Assembly: GCA_018985225.1 (NCBI GenBank)
Contig: JADGIF010000021.1
Location: forward strand, 1 to 32,000
Reading direction: 5' to 3'
DNA length: 32,000 nucleotides
Source: Amoeboradix gromovi X-113
Lineage: Eukaryota; Fungi; Sanchytriomycota
Positions within the stretch are counted from its first letter, which is position 1, and every line of letters begins with the position of its first letter. The position numbers and the translations under genes were made by a program. A model generated the notes under the pieces. The model made no database searches and was not told the origin of the DNA. It saw only the letters and a list, made by a program, of their open reading frames with translations. Below, in pieces: positions 28,226 through 32,000 of this stretch.

Positions 28226-28246
28226 TGGCCTTGTAAAATTTAAAAG

Positions 28247-29864
28247 TTAATTATTTTTTATTGTCAAGTTTAGTTGCTTTTCCATTTCTTCTATACTCAC
28301 CAACCCATCTTTATCAAGATCAAATTTATCAATTAATATTTCAGCATCGTTATCTTCTACAGGGTGTCTTATTGTCTTCAAAGCTACCCTCAAGTCATCA
28401 ATAGTAATTTGCCCTTTAGGGTTAGGCTTTACCAAGTTCAATGATGATCCTACCTGTGAGTCTAACTGAGTTATCTCCTCACTTATTTTATCAATTAAGC
28501 TATTAATTGGTGTCTCTTTTGTCTCTTTATTCTCTACAATGTCTTGTAGGAGCTGCTTTTCTTCCTCTACAATACTTACATTCATCATTACACGTAATAC
28601 CGAGGCCAATTCATTTTTTTGATCCACGGTCAATTCACCCTAAATAAGATTAAATTACCTGTGCTGCGCTTTCCTTTTCCACTTGTTTCTTTAGCTCATC
28701 TTGCTGTCTAGCCTCCTTTTCTTTTTCGATTTCTACCATCTCCTCCTGAACTGCTGCTAAAATTACGTCCTTCTCGCCTCGCCCTCGAGCCATGTCTAGC
28801 ATTGTTTCTTTTATCACAGTATCTGGCAGAGATTTTAAAGTATCCTTTAAGACATTCAATGTTTCTTCTGATAGCCCAGAAGCGTTTATACTTTGTTCAA
28901 CTGTTTTGTTGGAGTCCTTGAATTGCATATCTACCATTAAAATGCGACTTAGGACGAGTAGAATGTTTGGCACATTGTAAACACCAGATAGTTCAACCCA
29001 CTGTTTTAATTCTAATCTCATTCTACGCGGTGAAGAAACCGGGATACCTCGTTCTTTGCAAAGAGTCTGCAGCTCGTGTATTGGGATATCTGAAATAACA
29101 GGCATTAAAGAAGCTGGGGACTCTGGAACATCAGAACTTGGAGTAGATGCAGGTTGATCAATTCTAATCGCATCTTGAAGAATTAGCCCATCTTCAAGTC
29201 TAATCTTGTTAATATGTCTAGCAACATTCCTACGAATCATATCGTTGGTACCAATACCTGGAATGGTAAAATATCTACAAATACTAATCAGCTGTTGGCG
29301 ACTTAAATGGTCCAAAGTGACATTATCCTTGAATTTCTGACATAACTTTAATAAATCAGGAGTAGCCACAATAGCAGATTCATCTTGCTGCGATTTAGGC
29401 TGCATATTATTTAATAAATTAACAAACGTACCCAACTCACCTTTGTCTTTCTCTTCCAGAGTTTCTCTCAAAAAACTAGCGACTTTAAGACGGACACCAA
29501 GTAGCTTTTTTCTGTTTTCCTGTTCTTTGAATTCGTCCCTAAAGGTAGAAGGCAGAAAATTCGGAAATATTTTTATCACAACAGGCAATAAAAACTCCAT
29601 AAATGGAACAATTAGGAAGACAGAAAACGGTACGATCCTAAGTAGATCGCTAGTAGTTCTTTTCAGTTGTCTGTGCTCTCTGTGAGTTAAAGGTTGACCG
29701 CTTAGAGTTTGTCGCAAAAGTCTGGATGATATTTTGGTTTCTGCAACTAGAAGTTTGGATCCGGTCCAGAAATGATTTGCTTCGTGCTTAACCCGCTGCC
29801 ATATTGTGGGATTTACAGCTGGCTTGATGTTAAACCGAATGGCAGTACTTCCCAATCGAAACAT
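28247..29864 (-). CDS. LETM1: LETM1/Mdm38 mitochondrial inner-membrane protein with C-terminal EF-hands; exons 29864-28659 and 28639-28247 (about 532 aa)
   Basis: HEANHFWTGSKLL, LTHREHRQLKRTTSDLLRIVPFSVFLIVPFMEFLLPV, FPNFLPSTF, TLDHLSRQQL, ELQTLCKERG; exon 2 carries the EF-hand DLDKDGLVSIEE. First ATG 29864 gives a presequence-like start, MFRLGSTAIRF. Confidence 0.93.
28640..28658 (-). other. 19-nt spliceosomal intron GTAATTTAATCTTATTTAG (phase 0)
   Basis: CAG|GTAAT donor and TTTAG|G acceptor; joins the LETM1 domain to the EF-hand ORF; CTTAT with A at -6. Confidence 0.9.
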
Positions 29865-29918
29865 TCTAGCTCCTAGCAATATTAATCAAAAGGAGTAACT
29901 GCCGTAACTTGTTGCAAA

Positions 29919-30438
29919 ATGTCATTATTCCAACAAGATTTGATTTCTAAAGATATCGCAATGCCAGAGGGATATGTAATACGCCCATTGCATCTCGAGG
30001 ATTTTCACAAAGGATTCTTGGATTGTTTAAAAGGTTTAACAATGGTTGGAAATGTCACTTTTGATGAGTTCACTTTCAGATTTAGAGAACTGAATCACGA
30101 TTACTATATCGTCGTTATTGAAGACCTAAATAATCGCAGAATTGTTGGTGCTGGTACTATGATGGTTGAAATGAAATTTATTCGACACTGTGGAAAAGTT
30201 GGACACATTGAAGATATCGTAGTGGATGAAAGCCAACGTGGTAAAAGGTTCGGTTTAAAGATTATTGAGCAGCTAAAACATTTAGCTGTCAATTCCGGTT
30301 GCTATAAAGTATTTTCGTTTAATCTAGGTTATTTTGGATTGCGCTGAGCACAATTTGACGTTCTATGAGAAGTGCGGATTAAAAAAGAAAGAAGTTCAGA
30401 TGGTTTTGTATTTTCCTCAGAACGAGCCTAAAAGTTAG
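29919..30438 (+). CDS. GNA1: Glucosamine-6-phosphate N-acetyltransferase; exons 29919-30308 and 30328-30438 (166 aa)
   Basis: IRPLHLEDFHKGFLDCLKGLT, EMKFIRHCGKVGHIEDIVV. The spliced GCYK|VILDCAEHNLTFYEKCG is the canonical Gna1 C-terminal motif. Confidence 0.96.
30309..30327 (+). other. 19-nt spliceosomal intron GTATTTTCGTTTAATCTAG (phase 0)
   Basis: Removal restores CYKVILDC exactly, with no extra or missing residue; TTAAT with A at -6. Confidence 0.94.
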
Positions 30439-30443
30439 AAATT

Positions 30444-30450
30444 AGTAAAT
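30444..30450 (+). terminator. Candidate poly(A) signal AGTAAAT after GNA1
   Basis: TAG AAATT AGTAAAT; this also supports the spliced GNA1 end at 30438. Confidence 0.5.
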
Positions 30451-30678
30451 CTTCTCTATAACTCCAAACAGTTAAAGATTTGCTAGCAGAAGGCTGTGAA
30501 AAGCCACAATATGTATCTTTGGAGTGTGAGCCATATAAATCTACGGGTGTATCACAAGGGATGCGCTCCACAAAACTAGGCAAACCCGCTCAAATAAACA
30601 TCTCAAAAAGGGTGAAGTTGTCTCAGACTCCCATGAGATTTTCTTGTGCTTTATCTTAGCATACCTAACTAAAGTAGC

Positions 30679-31167
30679 ATGGATAAAATGGACAGCACTC
30701 CATTAGAATCAATTCAGCAGCTTCAATCCCGATATGATAGCATGGCTGAAGAGCATGCTAAATGCAACGCAACGATACACAAGTACGAACTAGAGTTGAA
30801 GAAAATTCAGGCAGAGTTAGAAGAAATAAGCAGCTCAAAGGATTCCGAGCTAAAGCAGTCACAGGATCAAATAGCAGAAGCGCAAATAAGGTTGATGAAC
30901 ATGGAAAAGCTGAGCAAGGATGAGAGCAGCTCCAAACTGAAATTGGAGCAAGATCTAGAAGAAATGAACAAGAAATACACTGACACTCTGGAAGGATTAA
31001 GTAGCGAGGTGGAGATAAAGCAGAGAATGATAATGAAGCTAGAGATGGACAAGAGTGTTCTGGATCAGGAGAATAAGAAGATAACCGGTGAGTTGAATAT
31101 GCTCGAGGAACAGTTGGATGACATACTGCAACGAAACATGGAGCTGCAAATGAAGTTGGCTGGTTGA
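30679..31167 (+). CDS. Hypothetical acidic coiled-coil protein (162 aa)
   Basis: Continuous heptad pattern rich in E/K/Q/L; AATAAA about 35 nt after the stop; family not recognised. Confidence 0.7.
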   Translation: MDKMDSTPLESIQQLQSRYDSMAEEHAKCNATIHKYELELKKIQAELEEISSSKDSELKQSQDQIAEAQIRLMNMEKLSKDESSSKLKLEQDLEEMNKKYTDTLEGLSSEVEIKQRMIMKLEMDKSVLDQENKKITGELNMLEEQLDDILQRNMELQMKLAG

Positions 31168-31675
31168 CTAAAAGGCGCATAGGCCCAGCAATCGAGTTTT
31201 GAATAAAGGGTTCTTGTTACGTGGAAGCTGCTCTTTGCCGCATTTCAACAGACTATGCAATACATTGGAATCATAAACGATCAAGGTCAGTGGGCTTTAT
31301 AAAATGAATGCTTAAAAAGGAAACTAGCGATCAACTGGGTTACCGTGAGTAGAGCTTTGTAATAGTACAGGACGCTTCATGTTATTCCTATTATTAGATG
31401 TTGTAAAACCAGCAAGATATCTTTTCGATGAGTCTGGCAGTAGACTTAAATAGTTACTGCTGAATTTCCGCCATTTCAGAAACTCCTGAGGCACTGAAAG
31501 AGAAACGCAGTCGTTTCGCTGCAAAATTAATTCGATTAAGGAACGTAGCATCATTATTTCTTATGATAGAGTAAAATGAAGATCGAATGTATTCCTAAGT
31601 TAAGGCTCTGACTATACCACTAGATAATCATGGCTGGTGGATTAAGCTGCACTGCGTCAAGGCTCACTGATTTCG

Positions 31676-31999
31676 TCATCCATATTTAAGAATGCTAAAA
31701 GAAGAGTAAATAAATGGCCTGTATCCAATCTGCTCTACTTTTGCTGCTTCCGGCTCGAATACAGGCAGGTATTCTATAACTTGTAAGCTCATAGACATTA
31801 TCATGGACACAGTGCGCCTAATGCGCTGCATTTGTGTATTGAGGTCTGAATCCATGTTATAGCTGTGTTCAAATAGTTGAGAGACTACATTGGCAAAGAA
31901 GTGCGACCGGTGGCAAGTTGTGACCTGAATTACATGTGGTAGAGTACGTGGCATTTCTGCCTCACTAGAACTACTTGACGTTTGCTTGAGATACTCTGC
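31676..31999 (-). CDS. Possible 3' part of a gene entering from beyond the window edge
   Basis: The frame is open from the window end (AEYLKQTSSSSSEAEMPRTL...) to TGA at 31676; no motif recognised. Confidence 0.3.
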   Translation of the reverse strand, partial: AEYLKQTSSSSSEAEMPRTLPHVIQVTTCHRSHFFANVVSQLFEHSYNMDSDLNTQMQRIRRTVSMIMSMSLQVIEYLPVFEPEAAKVEQIGYRPFIYSSFSILKYG

Positions 32000-32000
32000 A

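Noticed and set aside
12601-30327. Programmed frameshifting, pseudogenisation or sequencing indels as the cause of the broken ORFs
   Set aside because: A 1-nt shift would leave about six extra residues inside conserved motifs such as CYKVILDC. Exact GT-AG removal restores them, and the segments share length and consensus.
477-31554. Many 60-140 aa ORFs antisense to or nested in real genes (e.g. 477-830, 9326-9759, 23884-24243, 30758-31180), and ORFs at 3661-3951, 5617-5835, 13086-13748 and 31324-31554
   Set aside because: They are shadows of coding sequence or chance ORFs, often with non-ATG starts and no motifs.
1-32000. Alternative nuclear code with TAA/TAG read as Gln, as in ciliates or some aphelids
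   Set aside because: Long conserved ORFs contain no in-frame TAA or TAG, and conserved proteins end at the expected place on TAA (uL13, GNPAT) and TAG (GNA1, PYROXD1).
1-32000. Prokaryotic operon, defence system, CRISPR array, tRNA, rRNA or snRNA genes
   Set aside because: The gene content is eukaryotic (Sec7, PEX3, uL13, LETM1). I saw no repeat-spacer array, tRNA T-loop pattern or U1/U2/U5/U6 signature by eye, although a covariance-model scan could still find diverged RNAs.

Overview
This is AT-rich, very gene-dense eukaryotic nuclear DNA read with the standard genetic code. It carries about 22 protein genes: two tandem 7TM-RGS proteins, a GT14 glycosyltransferase, RAMP4, GlyRS, a Sec7/BIG Arf-GEF, an AhpC/TSA-like redoxin, PEX3, GPN3, peroxisomal GNPAT, an ABCC transporter, an MBOAT, PYROXD1, a CFAP157/BBOF1-like coiled-coil protein, CTF8, uL13, CCDC61/VFL3, LETM1, GNA1 and a few orphans. 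I found no tRNA, rRNA, CRISPR array or intact transposon. The gene set suggests a flagellated or basal-body-bearing opisthokont with a compact genome, such as an early-diverging zoosporic fungus or fungal relative; sanchytrid-like is a guess, not a result. The main observation is that five genes the ORF track shows as broken are restored by ultra-short GT-AG introns (four of 19 nt, one of 21 nt). All five have an A exactly 6 nt from the 3' end within a YTNAY branch-site motif, which points to a miniaturised, fixed-geometry splicing system. Related signs of compaction are 4-54 nt intergenic spacers, an A(A/G)TAAA(T) poly(A)-like signal at or just after stop codons, and shortened proteins. There is also a strong C-to-G skew inversion inside the Sec7 gene. 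All family calls come from remembered motifs; no database search was run.
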